Assembly: GCF_001465025.1 (NCBI RefSeq)
Contig: NZ_LNDO01000085.1
Span: 1,491 to 65,490, forward strand
Reading direction: 5' to 3'
DNA length: 64,000 nt
Source: Pseudomonas sp. Ga0074129
GTDB taxonomy: Bacteria > Pseudomonadota > Gammaproteobacteria > Pseudomonadales > Pseudomonadaceae
This document shows positions 34,870 through 46,299 of this stretch, piece by piece. A model generated the notes under the pieces. That model was not told the DNA's origin and searched no databases. It was given only the letters and a program-made list of their open reading frames with translations. Both the position numbers and the translations under genes were made by a program. Numbering within the stretch: position 1 is the stretch's first letter; every line of letters begins with the position of its first letter.

Positions 34870-36540
34870 ATGAGCATGCTTAAAGACCCATCCAACAAGT
34901 ACCGCCCATTCACCCAAATCCAGATTCCAGACCGCACCTGGCCGGACAAAATCATCGATAAGGCCCCCATCTGGCTGTCCACCGACTTGCGCGACGGTAA
35001 CCAATCGCTGATCGAACCGATGGATGCCGAGAAGAAGATGCGCTTCTTCAAGTGCCTGCTGGCCGTGGGTTTGAAAGAAATCGAAGTGGGCTTCCCGTCC
35101 GCCTCGCAGACCGACTTTGACTTTGTCCGCGAGCTGATCGAAGGCGGGCATATTCCGGATGACGTGACCATCCAGGTGCTGACCCAGGCGCGCGAAGACC
35201 TGATCACCCGCACCTTCGAGTCACTCAAAGGGGCCAAAAAGGCCATCGTTCACTACTACAACGCCACCGCGCCGAGCTTTCGCAAGATCGTCTTTAACCA
35301 GGACAAAGCCGGCGTGGTTGAGATCGCCACCCACGCGGCGAAAATCATCACCCGCCTGGCCGCCGCCCAGCCGGACACCCAGTGGGGCTTCGAGTATTCA
35401 CCGGAAGTGTTTAGCAGCACCGAAGTCGACTTCGCCGTTGAAGTGTGTAACGCCGTTATTGGCGTATTCCAGCCGACCCCAGCCAACAAGTTGATCCTCA
35501 ACCTGCCAGCGACCATCGAGTGCGCCACGCCGAACAATTACGCCGACCAGGTCGAGTGGTTCGGCCGCCATGTTGACCGTCGCGACAGCGTGTTGCTCAG
35601 CGTACACACCCACAACGACCGCGGCACCGGCGTCGCGGCCACCGAACTGGCCGTCATGGCGGGCGCGGATCGCGTCGAAGGCTGCCTTTTCGGCAACGGC
35701 GAGCGCACCGGTAACGTCTGCTTAGTAACAGTCGCGTTGAACCTCTACACCCAGGGCATCAACCCCGGGTTGGACTTCTCCGACATCGACGCGGTGCGCA
35801 AGGTGGTCGAAGACTGCAACCAGATTCCGGTCCACCCGCGCCATCCCTATGTCGGCGATTTGGTGCACACCGCGTTCTCCGGCTCGCACCAGGATGCGAT
35901 CCGCAAAGGCTTCGCTCAGCAGAAGGCCGACGCGGTTTGGGAAGTGCCGTACCTGCCGATTGACCCTGCCGATATCGGCCGCGATTACGAGGCGGTGATT
36001 CGCGTTAACAGCCAGTCCGGCAAGGGCGGCATCACCTTCCTGCTCGAGCAGGAATACGGCATCAATCTGCCGCGCCGCATGCAGATCGAGTTCAGCCAAG
36101 TGGTACAGAAGGAAACCGACCGCCTCGGCCTGGAAATGAGCGCCGCGCAGATTTATCAACTGCTCGAAACCGAGTACCTGCAAGCCACCGCACCCTACGC
36201 CCTGAAAGGCCATCGCCTGCAGGAAGAAAACGGCACCAGCGCGGTCGACGTTGAGGTCAACCATGCTGGGGAAACCCAGCACTGGCGTGGTATTGGCAAA
36301 GGCCCACTGGAGGCGCTGGTCGCCGGCTTGCCAGTGGCCGTGGAAATCATGGACTACAGCGAGCACGCCATCGGTGCCGGCACCCACGCCAAAGCAGCCG
36401 CCTACATCGAACTGCGCGTGGCCGGCGGCCGTGCTCTGCATGGCGTGGGCATCGACGAAAACATCACCACCGCCAGCTTCCGCGCGCTGTTTAGTGCGCT
36501 GAACCGGGCGCTGGCACAGGCCGATGCACAAGCGGCTTAA
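34870..36540 (+). CDS. leuA: 2-isopropylmalate synthase (long form)
   Basis: 556 aa with motifs TDLRDGNQS and HTHNDRGTG and a C-terminal LeuA regulatory domain. Confidence 0.95.
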   Translation: MSMLKDPSNKYRPFTQIQIPDRTWPDKIIDKAPIWLSTDLRDGNQSLIEPMDAEKKMRFFKCLLAVGLKEIEVGFPSASQTDFDFVRELIEGGHIPDDVTIQVLTQAREDLITRTFESLKGAKKAIVHYYNATAPSFRKIVFNQDKAGVVEIATHAAKIITRLAAAQPDTQWGFEYSPEVFSSTEVDFAVEVCNAVIGVFQPTPANKLILNLPATIECATPNNYADQVEWFGRHVDRRDSVLLSVHTHNDRGTGVAATELAVMAGADRVEGCLFGNGERTGNVCLVTVALNLYTQGINPGLDFSDIDAVRKVVEDCNQIPVHPRHPYVGDLVHTAFSGSHQDAIRKGFAQQKADAVWEVPYLPIDPADIGRDYEAVIRVNSQSGKGGITFLLEQEYGINLPRRMQIEFSQVVQKETDRLGLEMSAAQIYQLLETEYLQATAPYALKGHRLQEENGTSAVDVEVNHAGETQHWRGIGKGPLEALVAGLPVAVEIMDYSEHAIGAGTHAKAAAYIELRVAGGRALHGVGIDENITTASFRALFSALNRALAQADAQAA

Positions 36541-36560
36541 GCCTTAGTCCGAAATCCACA

Positions 36561-36586
36561 ACGCCGGGCAATGCCCGGCGTTTGCG
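36561..36586 (+). terminator. Rho-independent terminator after leuA
   Basis: acgccgggc-aat-gcccggcgt followed by ttgcg. Confidence 0.6.
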
Positions 36587-36650
36587 TATGTGCAGTTCCA
36601 ATGTTGCTTCTGCAAACGGCTAAGAAATAACCAAGCCGATACGGGCCGGG

Positions 36651-37442
36651 CTACTTCAAGAAAAAATCATCCGCATCCAAATAAGCCGGGAAACGCTCGC
36701 GGTAAGCGGCCAACTCAGCGGCGCTGAGCGTGACGCGAAACACACCATCGGCATCACCCGGCTCAAGCAGCGCTTCACCCTGGAAATCCAGCACCTGACT
36801 GTCGCCGCTGTAGGCGTAGCCCTTGCCGTCCTCACCGATGCGGTTCACCGCGGCGACATAGCAGAGGTTTTCGATGGCTCGTGCTGGCAACAGGCGGTTC
36901 CAGTGATGGCGGCGCGCGGCGGGCCAGTTGGCGGTGTAGAGCAGCAAGTCAGTGTTTTCTGCATCACGGCTCCACACCGGAAAGCGCAGGTCGTAGCAGA
37001 TCAGCGGACGCACCTGCCAACCCTTTACCTCTAGCAGCACCTGCTGTTCGCCAGCGCTGTAGTGCTTGTGCTCGCCCGCCATGCGGAACAGATGGCGCTT
37101 ATCGTAGTGCGCCACCGAACCATCCGGACGCGCCCAAAGCAGGCGGTTGCGGTACGAACCGTCAGCGGCTTGGATAATCAGGCTACCGTTCACGACGGCT
37201 TGCAGCGCCTGAGCCTGCTCACGCAGCCACTGACTGGTCGGGCCGTCTTCGGGCTCGGCTAGGGCGGCGGAATCCATGGAAAAGCCGGTGCTGAACATCT
37301 CCGGCAGTACGATCAGATCGGCACCGCGCGCCTCCTCAAGCAGGGATGCGAAATGCGCGCGATTGGCGGCGGGGTCCTGCCAAGCCAGTGTGGTCTGGAT
37401 CAAGGCCAACTCAAGATCGGGCAATTGCTTTAAATCGCGCAT
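36651..37442 (-). CDS. yafV: Omega-amidase (carbon-nitrogen hydrolase family, YafV-like)
   Basis: Trimmed to ATG 37442 (MRDLKQLPDLELALIQ). Close match from recall to E. coli YafV: VLPEMFSTGF, YDKRHLFRMAGEH, CYDLRFPVWSR, ANWPAARRHHW. Confidence 0.85.
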   Translation of the reverse strand: MRDLKQLPDLELALIQTTLAWQDPAANRAHFASLLEEARGADLIVLPEMFSTGFSMDSAALAEPEDGPTSQWLREQAQALQAVVNGSLIIQAADGSYRNRLLWARPDGSVAHYDKRHLFRMAGEHKHYSAGEQQVLLEVKGWQVRPLICYDLRFPVWSRDAENTDLLLYTANWPAARRHHWNRLLPARAIENLCYVAAVNRIGEDGKGYAYSGDSQVLDFQGEALLEPGDADGVFRVTLSAAELAAYRERFPAYLDADDFFLK

Positions 37443-38578
37443 AGTTTCTCCGCCGCCTGACGCAGGGTTTCTTCGCGCTTGGCGAAGCAGAAGCGCACCA
37501 GACGCAGGTCCTTGGGCGGCTGCTGGTAGAACACCGATACCGGAATCGCTGCCACGCCATGTTCTCGGGTCAGCCATTCAGCCATGACTACATCGCCTAA
37601 GTCGGGACGAATGGCCGAATAATCGACCAGCTGGAAATAGGTACCGGGGGCGCGGGTAAAGCTAAATCGCGAATCCTTCAGCAGATCAGCGAACAGATCG
37701 CGCTTGGCCTGGTAGAACATCGGCAGCTCTTCGACATGCTCGGGATACTCAGCCATGTAATCAGCCAGCGCCCATTGCAGCGGCGTCACACCGCAGAAAC
37801 TGACGTACTGATGGACCTTGCGCAGTTCAGCGCTCAAGGCCGGCGGTGCCACTACATAGCCGGTCTTCCAGCCGGTGACGTGGTAGGTTTTGCCAAAGGA
37901 GCTGACCACAAAGGCACGCTGATACAGTTCTTCATGGGCCAACACGCTGGCGTGGCGAAGGCCATCAAACACCAGATGCTCGTAAACCTCGTCGCTGATC
38001 AGGTAGATATCGCGCTCGCGGATCAGCGCGGCCAGCTGATCCAGCTCAGCGCGGCTGATCAATGCACCACTGGGGTTGTGCGGGCTGTTGAGGATGATCA
38101 AGCGCGTCTTGTCGCTCAACGCATCCTGCAGACGCTGCCAGTCGATGGCGAAGTCCGGCAGGGCCAACGGCACGTGCACACAGCGTCCGCCAGCCAGTTC
38201 GACCGAGGGCTCGTAGCTGTCATAGCTGGGATCAAAAACGATGACCTCATCGCCCGGACGGATGAGCGCCTGCACCGCACAGAAGATGCCTTGGGTGGCA
38301 CCTGGCACGATGGTGACCTCTGTCTCAGCACTGACTGCACGGCCATAACTGCGAGCTATCTTCGCCGCCACCTGCTCGCGCAGTGCAGGCAAGCCAGTCA
38401 TCGGCGCGTATTGGTTATGCCCGGCGGCAATATGCCGTCCGACCGCATCGCGCAGTGCTTGCGGCCCATCAAAATCGGGGAAGCCCTGGGACAAATTCAG
38501 CGCACCCGTCTCCAAGGCGAGCTGCGACATGCGGGTAAAAATCGTAGTGCCAACATTCGGCAACTTGCTGATGATCAT
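37430..38578 (-). CDS. ybdL: PLP-dependent aminotransferase (YbdL-like methionine/glutamine transaminase)
   Basis: Trimmed to ATG 38578 (MIISKLPNVGTTIFTRMSQLA). LSQGFPDFDGP, NQYAPMTG, and the PLP-lysine region SSFGKTYHVTGWK. The 3' end overlaps the yafV start by 13 nt. Confidence 0.85.
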   Translation of the reverse strand: MIISKLPNVGTTIFTRMSQLALETGALNLSQGFPDFDGPQALRDAVGRHIAAGHNQYAPMTGLPALREQVAAKIARSYGRAVSAETEVTIVPGATQGIFCAVQALIRPGDEVIVFDPSYDSYEPSVELAGGRCVHVPLALPDFAIDWQRLQDALSDKTRLIILNSPHNPSGALISRAELDQLAALIRERDIYLISDEVYEHLVFDGLRHASVLAHEELYQRAFVVSSFGKTYHVTGWKTGYVVAPPALSAELRKVHQYVSFCGVTPLQWALADYMAEYPEHVEELPMFYQAKRDLFADLLKDSRFSFTRAPGTYFQLVDYSAIRPDLGDVVMAEWLTREHGVAAIPVSVFYQQPPKDLRLVRFCFAKREETLRQAAEKLCAI

Positions 38579-38640
38579 CGAGGCAGCATCCGGCTTAAAA
38601 GCGAGTGGTGCGGCAGAATAATCGATTCCCAATAAACGCA

Positions 38641-38662
38641 AAAGGCACCCGGAGGTGCCTTT
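38641..38662 (-). terminator. Rho-independent terminator downstream of der
   Basis: On the minus strand: aaaggcacc-tccg-ggtgccttt followed by tgcgtttatt. Confidence 0.65.
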
Positions 38663-38683
38663 ATAGAGCGCTTAAAGCCAAGC

Positions 38684-40156
38684 TTAGCGCTTGTCTTTGC
38701 GCTTCTTCTCGGCCTTTTTGTGGTGGCTCATCAAGCGGCGTTTCTTGTTCACCTGACGGTCCGTGAGGGTGTTTTTATTGCCCTCGTACGGGTTGTCGCC
38801 ACCTTTGAACTCAATGCGGATCGGCGTACCCACCAGCTTAAGCACGCGGCGGTAGGTGTTTTCCAGGTAGCGGATATAGGACTTAGGCACCGCCTCGACC
38901 TGATTGCCGTGAATCACGATCAGCGGCGGGTTGGCACCGCCCAAGTGCGCGTAACGCAGCTTGATACGGCGGTTGTTGACCATGGGCGGCGCGTGATCGC
39001 TGACGGCGTCTTCCAGAATCGAGGTCAGACGATTGGTCGGCCAGCGGGTGATCGCCGACTTGAACGAGGCCTGCACCGACTTGTACAGGTTGCCCACGCC
39101 AGTGCCGTGCAGCGCTGAGATAAAGTGAATGTCGGCAAAGTCGACGAAGAACAGTCGGCGTTGCAATTCGACCTTAACGTAGTCGCGCTCGCTGGGCTCC
39201 ATGCCGTCCCATTTGTTCAGCGCGATAACCAGTGCACGGCCGCTTTCCAGCACGAACCCCAGCAGATTGAGGTCATGGTCGACCACGCCTTCGCGGGCAT
39301 CCATGACGAACACCACGACGTTGGAGTCCTGAATCGCCTGCAGGGTTTTCACCACCGAGAACTTTTCCACCGCCTCAAAGATCTTGCCGCGACGACGCAC
39401 GCCAGCGGTGTCGATCAGGGTGTACTTCTCGTCATCACGCTCAAACGGGATATAGATGCTGTCGCGCGTCGTGCCGGCTTGGTCGTAGACGATAACCCGC
39501 TCTTCGCCGAGCATGCGGTTAACCAACGTCGACTTACCAACGTTGGGTCGACCAATGATCGCCAGCTTGATGCCGTCTTTTTCGCTCGGGCCGGGAATGC
39601 GCTTGGCCTCCTGACCTTCGAGGACTTCTTCCTCTTCCTCGCCCTCTTCCGGCTCGCTGGCATCCTTGGGGAAGGAGCCCAACACCGCCTCGAGCATCTG
39701 GGTGATGCCACGACCGTGCGCGCCGGCAATCGGCAGGGACTCGCCCATGCCCATGCTGGAAAATTCGGCGCGGGCCAGGTCAGTGTCGATGTTGTCGACC
39801 TTGTTGATGACCAGGAAGCTGCGCTTATTACGGCGACGCAAGTGCTCGCCAATCATCTGATCGGAGGCCGACAGGCCGGCACGGGCGTCAACCAGGAACA
39901 GCACGGCATCAGCCTCTTCGATGGCCTGCAGCGACTGCTCGGCCATTTTTGCATCAATGCCTTCCTCGTCCCCGGAGATACCACCGGTGTCGATGACGAT
40001 ATAGGTTCGCCCCTGCCACTTGGCCTCACCGTACTGGCGATCACGGGTCAGACCAGACAGGTCGCCGACAATCGCGTCACGGGACTTGGTCAAGCGGTTA
40101 AACAGGGTGGACTTGCCGACATTAGGGCGGCCCACCAGGGCAATTACGGGAACCAT
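38684..40156 (-). CDS. der: Ribosome-associated GTPase Der (EngA)
   Basis: Trimmed to ATG 40156 ([17 protein letters not shown]). A second G domain ([13 protein letters not shown]), an acidic linker, and a basic C-terminal tail. Confidence 0.95.
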   Translation of the reverse strand: MVPVIALVGRPNVGKSTLFNRLTKSRDAIVGDLSGLTRDRQYGEAKWQGRTYIVIDTGGISGDEEGIDAKMAEQSLQAIEEADAVLFLVDARAGLSASDQMIGEHLRRRNKRSFLVINKVDNIDTDLARAEFSSMGMGESLPIAGAHGRGITQMLEAVLGSFPKDASEPEEGEEEEEVLEGQEAKRIPGPSEKDGIKLAIIGRPNVGKSTLVNRMLGEERVIVYDQAGTTRDSIYIPFERDDEKYTLIDTAGVRRRGKIFEAVEKFSVVKTLQAIQDSNVVVFVMDAREGVVDHDLNLLGFVLESGRALVIALNKWDGMEPSERDYVKVELQRRLFFVDFADIHFISALHGTGVGNLYKSVQASFKSAITRWPTNRLTSILEDAVSDHAPPMVNNRRIKLRYAHLGGANPPLIVIHGNQVEAVPKSYIRYLENTYRRVLKLVGTPIRIEFKGGDNPYEGNKNTLTDRQVNKKRRLMSHHKKAEKKRKDKR

Positions 40157-40181
40157 TAGGCTCTCCACTTCGTTATTTCAG

Positions 40182-40212
40182 AAAATACAAAAGCCGCTGC
40201 AGGGGCAGCGGC
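40182..40212 (-). terminator. Rho-independent terminator/attenuator between bamB and der
   Basis: On the minus strand: gccgctgc-ccct-gcagcggc followed by ttttgtatttt. Confidence 0.6.
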
Positions 40213-40283
40213 CAGAATTCAACGCGTTGGCGTTACCTCACACCCTTAACAGGTGTGCGATAACGCCAGCACTGGACGAGCAA

Positions 40284-41423
40284 TTACTTGATGGTTAACG
40301 CCACCAGATTGCCGCCATTACCAAAGGCATACAGCCAGTCACCCACTACCAGCGGACGGGCACGCAGGCCATCACTGTCGATGCGCGTGCGACCGACGAA
40401 ACGGCCGTCTACTTGGCTAACCAGGTGCAGGTAACCTTCATAGTCACCAAACACCACATAGCTGGAAAACACCTCAGGAGCCGACAGTTGGCGACGCGCC
40501 AACGCATCATTGCTCCACAAGGCAGAAGCCGAACGCTCGTCAATCCCTTCCACGGTGCCGCTGGCCTGGTTCACATAAACGCTGCCATAACCTTGGGCTA
40601 CGCCCACCGAACTTGAGGCTTCGCGCTGCCAGAGGATACGACCGCTTTCCAGATCCATTGCCGCTACACGACCTTGATAGCTGACAGCGTATAGGGTACC
40701 AGCCGAAAGCAGCAGACCGCCGTCGATGTCAACCACGCGATCCAGCTCCGAGCGACCTTGCGGAACAGCCACACGCTGCTCCCAAACCGGAATGCCACGC
40801 TGCGCGTCCAGGGCAATGACTTTGCCGGTGGACAAACCTGCAATGGCCAGACGGTTGGTCAGTACCGGGCTGCCTGTGCCCCGCAAAGTCAAGACGGCCG
40901 GGGTGTTTTCGAAAATCCAGCGTTGCGAGCCGGTTTCCATATCAAAGGCGATCAGACGATCGTCCTGAGTCTGTACCAGCACCACGTCACCGTTGAGCGC
41001 CGGCGCAGCCAACACCTCACTGGTCACACGGGCACGCCATTTCTCTTCACCTGAGGTGCTGTCGAGAGCGATGATTTCGCCTTTCAACGTGCCCACCACA
41101 ACCACGCCGTAGCCAGCAGCTACAGCACCCGAGACTGGCAATTCCAGATCAGCTTTCCAGATGACCTTGCCGTTCATGCGGTCCATGGCCACAACCAGGC
41201 CTTCAACATCGGCGGCATAGATCTGCTCGCCATCAATCGCCGGCACCAGCATGTTGAAGGTTTCGCCCTGGCCTTCACCAATCGAGCGGCTCCATTCCTT
41301 CTGCAAGCTCACTTCTTCTTCAAACTTGGGCAGATCGGCCGGCGGCAGTTCCTTCTTGCTATTGCTGCTGCAACCTACAGCCAAAACGGCCAGGGCCAGC
41401 AGTGCGGCATTCTTCCAGCGCAT
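40284..41423 (-). CDS. bamB: Outer membrane protein assembly factor BamB
   Basis: Trimmed to ATG 41423 (MRWKNAALLALAVLAVGCSS; lipobox LAVGC). PQQ-like beta-propeller repeats. Conserved yfgM-bamB-der order. Confidence 0.9.
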   Translation of the reverse strand: MRWKNAALLALAVLAVGCSSNSKKELPPADLPKFEEEVSLQKEWSRSIGEGQGETFNMLVPAIDGEQIYAADVEGLVVAMDRMNGKVIWKADLELPVSGAVAAGYGVVVVGTLKGEIIALDSTSGEEKWRARVTSEVLAAPALNGDVVLVQTQDDRLIAFDMETGSQRWIFENTPAVLTLRGTGSPVLTNRLAIAGLSTGKVIALDAQRGIPVWEQRVAVPQGRSELDRVVDIDGGLLLSAGTLYAVSYQGRVAAMDLESGRILWQREASSSVGVAQGYGSVYVNQASGTVEGIDERSASALWSNDALARRQLSAPEVFSSYVVFGDYEGYLHLVSQVDGRFVGRTRIDSDGLRARPLVVGDWLYAFGNGGNLVALTIK

Positions 41424-41427
41424 CACG

Positions 41428-42072
41428 TCATGCATCCCCTTTAGCCAGGTCATCCAGCTTCATTTGTAAACCACCGACTGCGGCGTCTTCAGCCAGCGCA
41501 GCCTTAGCTTTTTCGTAGGCCACATGGGCATCATCAGCACGGCCGAGTTGCACCAGCACATCACCTTTGAGTTCTTCGCGGCTGGCGGTGAACGCCGGCT
41601 CAACCTTGGCTTCGAGCAGCTTCAACGCATCCTCGGCCTTGCTCTGCGCAGCCAACACGCGCGCCAATCGCTGGCGTGCCAGTTCACCCACGCTGTCATC
41701 AGCAGGTTTATTGACGATGGACTGCAACTCAGCCGCAGCATCATCAAGCTTGCCCGCTTCCACGGCGACCTTGGCGACAAACAGGCTGCCGTATTGGGCG
41801 TAATGGGTGCCGGCATAATCATTTTTCAGGGTATTGGCCAACTCAGCCACTTTACCAGCGTCAGGCTTGCCGCTTGGATCGAGGGCTGCTTCCAACAGTT
41901 GCTGATAAACAATCGACGCGCCATGCGCCTGATTGCTCTGGTACTGCTGCCAGCCCTGCCAGCCGAGTACGACCACCAATGCCAGCACCACGCCTGTCAG
42001 CAACGGCATGCCGTTGCGCTGCCACCAATCCTTGATTACTGCCAGTTCTTCATCATCAGTACGCGAAACCAC
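41428..42072 (-). CDS. yfgM: YfgM family (ancillary SecYEG translocon subunit-like) TPR protein
   Basis: ORF 41428..42162 trimmed to GTG 42072, which lies 7 nt after an AGGAG site. N-terminus VSRTDDEELAVIKDWWQRNG, one TM segment, then a TPR-like domain. Lies between hisS and bamB. Confidence 0.75.
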   Translation of the reverse strand: MVSRTDDEELAVIKDWWQRNGMPLLTGVVLALVVVLGWQGWQQYQSNQAHGASIVYQQLLEAALDPSGKPDAGKVAELANTLKNDYAGTHYAQYGSLFVAKVAVEAGKLDDAAAELQSIVNKPADDSVGELARQRLARVLAAQSKAEDALKLLEAKVEPAFTASREELKGDVLVQLGRADDAHVAYEKAKAALAEDAAVGGLQMKLDDLAKGDA

Positions 42073-42109
42073 ACCAACACTCCTATTCGCTAAATCACTT
42101 AACAGACGC

Positions 42110-43399
42110 TCAGGCCTGATTGGCGCAGTTCGCCAGGTGATCGGCCAATGCCGACCAGGCAATATCTTGTTGCTCGCCCTGACCGCGCAGCGGCTTGCAA
42201 CCTACCATTTGCTGGGCCAGTTCGTCTTCACCGAGAATCAAGGCATACAAGGCACCGCTTTTATCGGCCTTCTTGAATTGGCTCTTGAAGCTGCCTGCGC
42301 CGGCATTCACCTGCAAACGCAGCCAAGGCAACTCATCGCGCAAACGTTCGCTAAGCGCCAAAGCGGCCAATTCTGCTGGTTCACCAAACGCGCAGAGGTA
42401 TACATCGACGCTGCGGCCAATTTCAGCCGGTACTTTACCTAGAGTTTCGAGCAACAGCACCAAACGTTCGATGCCCATGGCAAAACCAACGCCCGGTGTT
42501 GGCTTGCCGCCCATCTGCTCAACCAGGCCATCATAACGACCACCGGCACACACGGTGCCTTGGGAGCCGAGTTGGTCGGTGACCCACTCGAACACGGTTT
42601 TGCTGTAGTAATCGAGCCCACGGACCAATTTGGGGTTGATCACGTAGGGCACACCGGCGGCATCCAGACGCGCTTTCAGACCGTCGAAATGCACACGCGA
42701 CTCTTCGTCGAGGTAGTCGGCCAGCTTCGGCGCATTAACAAGCAAGGCTTGAGTTTCCGGTACTTTGCTGTCGAGCACACGCAGGGGGTTTGTGCCCATG
42801 CGGCGACGGCTGTCTTCGTCCAGTTGGTCTGCGTGCGCGGTCAGGAACTCCACCAGGGCATCACGGTATACCGCACGGGCAGCGCTGGTGCCGAGGCTAT
42901 TGAGCTCAAGCTTGACCACATCGCGAATACCCAGCAGCCCCCACAGACGCCAAGTCAGTGCGATCAGTTCGGCGTCGATGTCCGGGCCATCGATGTTGAA
43001 GACCTCGACACCAATCTGGTGAAACTGACGGTAACGGCCTTTTTGCGGACGCTCGTGACGGAACATCGGGCCAATGTACCAGAGCTTCTGCGTTTGCCCG
43101 CCACCGGACAAGCCATGCTCCAACACCGCACGAACACAGGCCGCAGTGCCTTCAGGGCGCAGCGTCAGCGAATCACCGTTGCGGTCTTCGAAGGTGTACA
43201 TCTCTTTTTCAACGATGTCGGTGACTTCACCAATCGAGCGCTTGAACAGCTCGGTGAACTCGACAATCGGCATGCGGATCTGGCGATAGCCGTAACCGTC
43301 CAGCAGACCGGCAACAGCACCTTCAAAGTAACGCCAGAGCGGCGTTTGCTCGGGCAAAATATCGTTCATGCCACGAATGGCTTGCAGGGGCTTGCTCAA
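42110..43399 (-). CDS. hisS: Histidine--tRNA ligase
   Basis: 429 aa starting [22 protein letters not shown], with class II motifs ([21 protein letters not shown]). Confidence 0.96.
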   Translation of the reverse strand: MSKPLQAIRGMNDILPEQTPLWRYFEGAVAGLLDGYGYRQIRMPIVEFTELFKRSIGEVTDIVEKEMYTFEDRNGDSLTLRPEGTAACVRAVLEHGLSGGGQTQKLWYIGPMFRHERPQKGRYRQFHQIGVEVFNIDGPDIDAELIALTWRLWGLLGIRDVVKLELNSLGTSAARAVYRDALVEFLTAHADQLDEDSRRRMGTNPLRVLDSKVPETQALLVNAPKLADYLDEESRVHFDGLKARLDAAGVPYVINPKLVRGLDYYSKTVFEWVTDQLGSQGTVCAGGRYDGLVEQMGGKPTPGVGFAMGIERLVLLLETLGKVPAEIGRSVDVYLCAFGEPAELAALALSERLRDELPWLRLQVNAGAGSFKSQFKKADKSGALYALILGEDELAQQMVGCKPLRGQGEQQDIAWSALADHLANCANQA

Positions 43400-43418
43400 T
43401 TGTTTTCCTTAGCGCGTA

Positions 43419-44528
43419 TCAGCTGCGCACGATAACCGCAGCGTCGGCCGCGACCTTGTCGGCCGCTTTCTGGCGGATCAGTTTTTCCAGTTCATCGACC
43501 AGGTTTTCATTGCTCAGTTTGAGTGCAGGCTTACCGTCGATGTAAATAAGATTGGGCGAACCACCCGTCAGGCCGATATGGGCCTCTTTGGCTTCACCGG
43601 GGCCGTTGACCACGCAACCGATCACGGCGACATCCAGCGGCACCAGCAGGTCCTCAACGCGCTGTTCTAGCTCGTTCATGGTTTTGACCACATCAAAGTT
43701 CTGCCGCGAACAGCTTGGGCAGGCAATGAAGTTGATGCCACGCGAGCGCAGACGCAGGGACTTGAGAATGTCGTAACCGACCTTGATCTCTTCAACCGGG
43801 TCCGCGGCCAAAGAAATACGGATGGTGTCGCCAATGCCCTCGGCCAACAGCATGCCAATACCCACGGCCGACTTGACCGTACCGGAGCGCAATCCGCCGG
43901 CTTCGGTGATGCCCAAATGCAGCGGCTGTTCAATTTGTTTGGCCAACAAGCGATAGGCGGCGACGGCCATAAACACGTCGGAAGCTTTAACGCTGACTTT
44001 GAAGTCCGGGAAATTCAACCGGTCCAAATGCTCAACGTGACGCAAGGCCGACTCAACCAGCGCCTCAGGCGTTGGCTCGCCATATTTTTTCTGCAGGTCT
44101 TTTTCCAGCGAACCGGCATTAACGCCGATGCGAATAGGGATACCCTTGTCGCGAGCTGCCTCTACCACGGCCCGAACACGGTCTTCGCGGCCAATGTTGC
44201 CCGGGTTTATGCGCAGGCAATCGACACCCAGTTCAGCCACACGCAGGGCGATCTGGTAATCAAAATGGATATCGGCAACGAGCGGCACGCGAACCTGCTG
44301 CTTGATGCGGCCAAAAGCTTCGGCGGCATCCATATCTGGCACCGATACACGGACGATATCGGCACCGGCATCTTCCAGGCGGCGAATCTGTGCAACGGTG
44401 GCGGCGACATCATTGGTGTCACTGTTGGTCATGCTTTGCACAGCAATCGGTGCATCACCACCCACTGGCACCGAACCTACCCAGATCTTGCGCGAAACGC
44501 GGCGCTTGATTGGCGATTCACACTGCAT
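43419..44528 (-). CDS. ispG: 4-hydroxy-3-methylbut-2-en-1-yl diphosphate synthase
   Basis: Trimmed to ATG 44528 ([35 protein letters not shown]). C-terminal [4Fe-4S] cysteines (CPSCSR...GCVVNGPGE). Confidence 0.95.
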   Translation of the reverse strand: MQCESPIKRRVSRKIWVGSVPVGGDAPIAVQSMTNSDTNDVAATVAQIRRLEDAGADIVRVSVPDMDAAEAFGRIKQQVRVPLVADIHFDYQIALRVAELGVDCLRINPGNIGREDRVRAVVEAARDKGIPIRIGVNAGSLEKDLQKKYGEPTPEALVESALRHVEHLDRLNFPDFKVSVKASDVFMAVAAYRLLAKQIEQPLHLGITEAGGLRSGTVKSAVGIGMLLAEGIGDTIRISLAADPVEEIKVGYDILKSLRLRSRGINFIACPSCSRQNFDVVKTMNELEQRVEDLLVPLDVAVIGCVVNGPGEAKEAHIGLTGGSPNLIYIDGKPALKLSNENLVDELEKLIRQKAADKVAADAAVIVRS

Positions 44529-44529
44529 A

Positions 44530-45531
44530 TTACTGCCCACCCAACTTGAGACGTGCGGTTTCACCGGAAATAAAAGGCGCTACATCAACCGAGTTGCCGT
44601 TGAGGCTCACCTGCGCGCCACGGGCGAAGCCCAAGCGCAGCTCCAATGGTGCCTTACCTGTCAGTTGCAGGCTCTCACCCTTGCGCTTGAGTGCACTGAA
44701 CAGCACTTTGCCGTTGGCATCTGTCAGTTGCGTCCAGCAATCGGCAATGAAATTCACAGTAACCTGTGCTTCACCGGCGGCAAGTGGTGCGGCAGGCTCA
44801 GCTGCAACAGGCGTCGCAACTGGCGTCGGCACAGCAGGAGTAGCAGCAGCCAAAGCAGCCGTAGGCGCGATTACATCGGCCGCACTCACTACAGGCGTTG
44901 ATTCAGCAGGTGATGGCAGCGATTCGGCAACCGCCGCCGTATCACCCGCGACCGGCACAGGGTCAGCGAGTACTGGCAATTCTGAGTTGGCAGCCTGAGC
45001 CGCATCTACGGCCTGATCTTCCGGCTCATCGAGAGAATGGATCTGCGTTGTACCGTCAGCACCCTCCACCTCAACATGCTCGATGCTGGTGGCGGCCAAA
45101 TCTTCTGCGCGGCGCTCGGCTTGCTCCTGCCACCAGAAAAAACTCAACCCCGCCAAGGCCAACAACACCAAAAAGCTAACGGCGCGCAGGATCTTCTGCG
45201 AGTAACTGACGGGTTCTTCAATACGCCCCAAACTGTGCACATTGCTGCCGGCGGCATCACTGCCGGTGAACTGATCGAATTCAAGCACCAATCGGCTTTG
45301 GTCGATATCCAGCAACTTGGCATAGGCGCGTACATAGCCGCGGGCGAAGGTATGTCCCGGCAACTTGTCGAAGGCACCCTGCTCAATTTGTGAGAGCCGC
45401 TGAGGAGTCAAATTTAGCTGACCGGCAACATCAGCAATGGTCCAACCACGGCTCTCACGAGCCTTACGCAAAGTCTCGCCCGGATTGACACGGGGAACCG
45501 CTAGCACTTCTGGGGCTGCCGCTTTCATCAT
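44530..45531 (-). CDS. rodZ: Cytoskeleton protein RodZ
   Basis: N-terminal XRE-type HTH ([35 protein letters not shown]), one TM segment, an Ala/Pro-rich linker and a C-terminal domain. Conserved position upstream of ispG. Confidence 0.85.
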   Translation of the reverse strand: MMKAAAPEVLAVPRVNPGETLRKARESRGWTIADVAGQLNLTPQRLSQIEQGAFDKLPGHTFARGYVRAYAKLLDIDQSRLVLEFDQFTGSDAAGSNVHSLGRIEEPVSYSQKILRAVSFLVLLALAGLSFFWWQEQAERRAEDLAATSIEHVEVEGADGTTQIHSLDEPEDQAVDAAQAANSELPVLADPVPVAGDTAAVAESLPSPAESTPVVSAADVIAPTAALAAATPAVPTPVATPVAAEPAAPLAAGEAQVTVNFIADCWTQLTDANGKVLFSALKRKGESLQLTGKAPLELRLGFARGAQVSLNGNSVDVAPFISGETARLKLGGQ

Positions 45532-46286
45532 TGCTCCGACAGGAATTGCTGGTATTCCGGGGTGCCCGGATAGAGACGCTTGAGCTGCAAGGCAAGACTT
45601 GCCGCGTTATCACGCTCTTCAAAAATTTTTGCTAAGCGCACGCCTAGCAGCAGACTGCGGGCGTCATGTGGCGCAAGGGCAACGTAGCTGTCGTAATAAC
45701 CGCGAGCAGGCACGTACTGCTTATCTTCATAAGAGAGCTGCGCCATCTCCATCAGCGCACGAGGCTGACGACTGTTAAGCCGTAGTGAGCGCTGAAAATA
45801 AGTCTTGGCTTCTTCACGCTGCTTCAACTGCAATGCGGTTAGCCCCAAGTTCTCAAACACGCGGGAACGTTCAGGGTAAAGCGTGTCCTGCGCAGCCTCG
45901 GTGTAGCGTTCCATGGCCTCTTGATAGCGCCCTTGCTCAAACAAAAAGCTTCCATAATTGTTCAGTAAACGTGCATCACCACGGCGCTCTGCCATCGCTT
46001 TACGAAAATGGCTGTCTGCCAGCTTTGGCTCCATTTCGATCTGGAAGACCAGAGCCAGCGCGGCATGTGCATCCGCATCTTTGTCATCAAGCTCCAACGC
46101 TTGACGCAGCGGCACTTTGGCGCGCTCTGTCTGGCCCTGCTGAAGGTATCCGATAGCCAATTGCACATAGGCATCACGGGCAGCGTCACGCCCTTTATCA
46201 GTTTTCATTGGATCAACATTACCGGTCGTGACACAGCCGGCTAAAACACTGGCAGCCAACAGCATTAATGCAAGGCGCAAGGTCAT
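45528..46286 (-). CDS. pilW: Type IV pilus biogenesis/stability lipoprotein PilW (PilF in P. aeruginosa), TPR protein
   Basis: Lipobox LAGC and TPR repeats. The stop overlaps the rodZ start (ATGATGA). Conserved rlmN-pilW-rodZ order. Confidence 0.85.
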   Translation of the reverse strand: MTLRLALMLLAASVLAGCVTTGNVDPMKTDKGRDAARDAYVQLAIGYLQQGQTERAKVPLRQALELDDKDADAHAALALVFQIEMEPKLADSHFRKAMAERRGDARLLNNYGSFLFEQGRYQEAMERYTEAAQDTLYPERSRVFENLGLTALQLKQREEAKTYFQRSLRLNSRQPRALMEMAQLSYEDKQYVPARGYYDSYVALAPHDARSLLLGVRLAKIFEERDNAASLALQLKRLYPGTPEYQQFLSEQ

Positions 46287-46299
46287 CGTAATCCTCCCA

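Noticed and set aside
39125-40159. 344-aa plus-strand ORF. Similar cases occur at 22693..23709, 37736..38635, 42560..43435, 46228..47079, 48662..49489 and 58458..59306.
   Set aside because: All lie antisense to strongly conserved minus-strand genes (der, purL, ybdL, hisS, rlmN, hscA, secD) and have a biased, motif-free composition.
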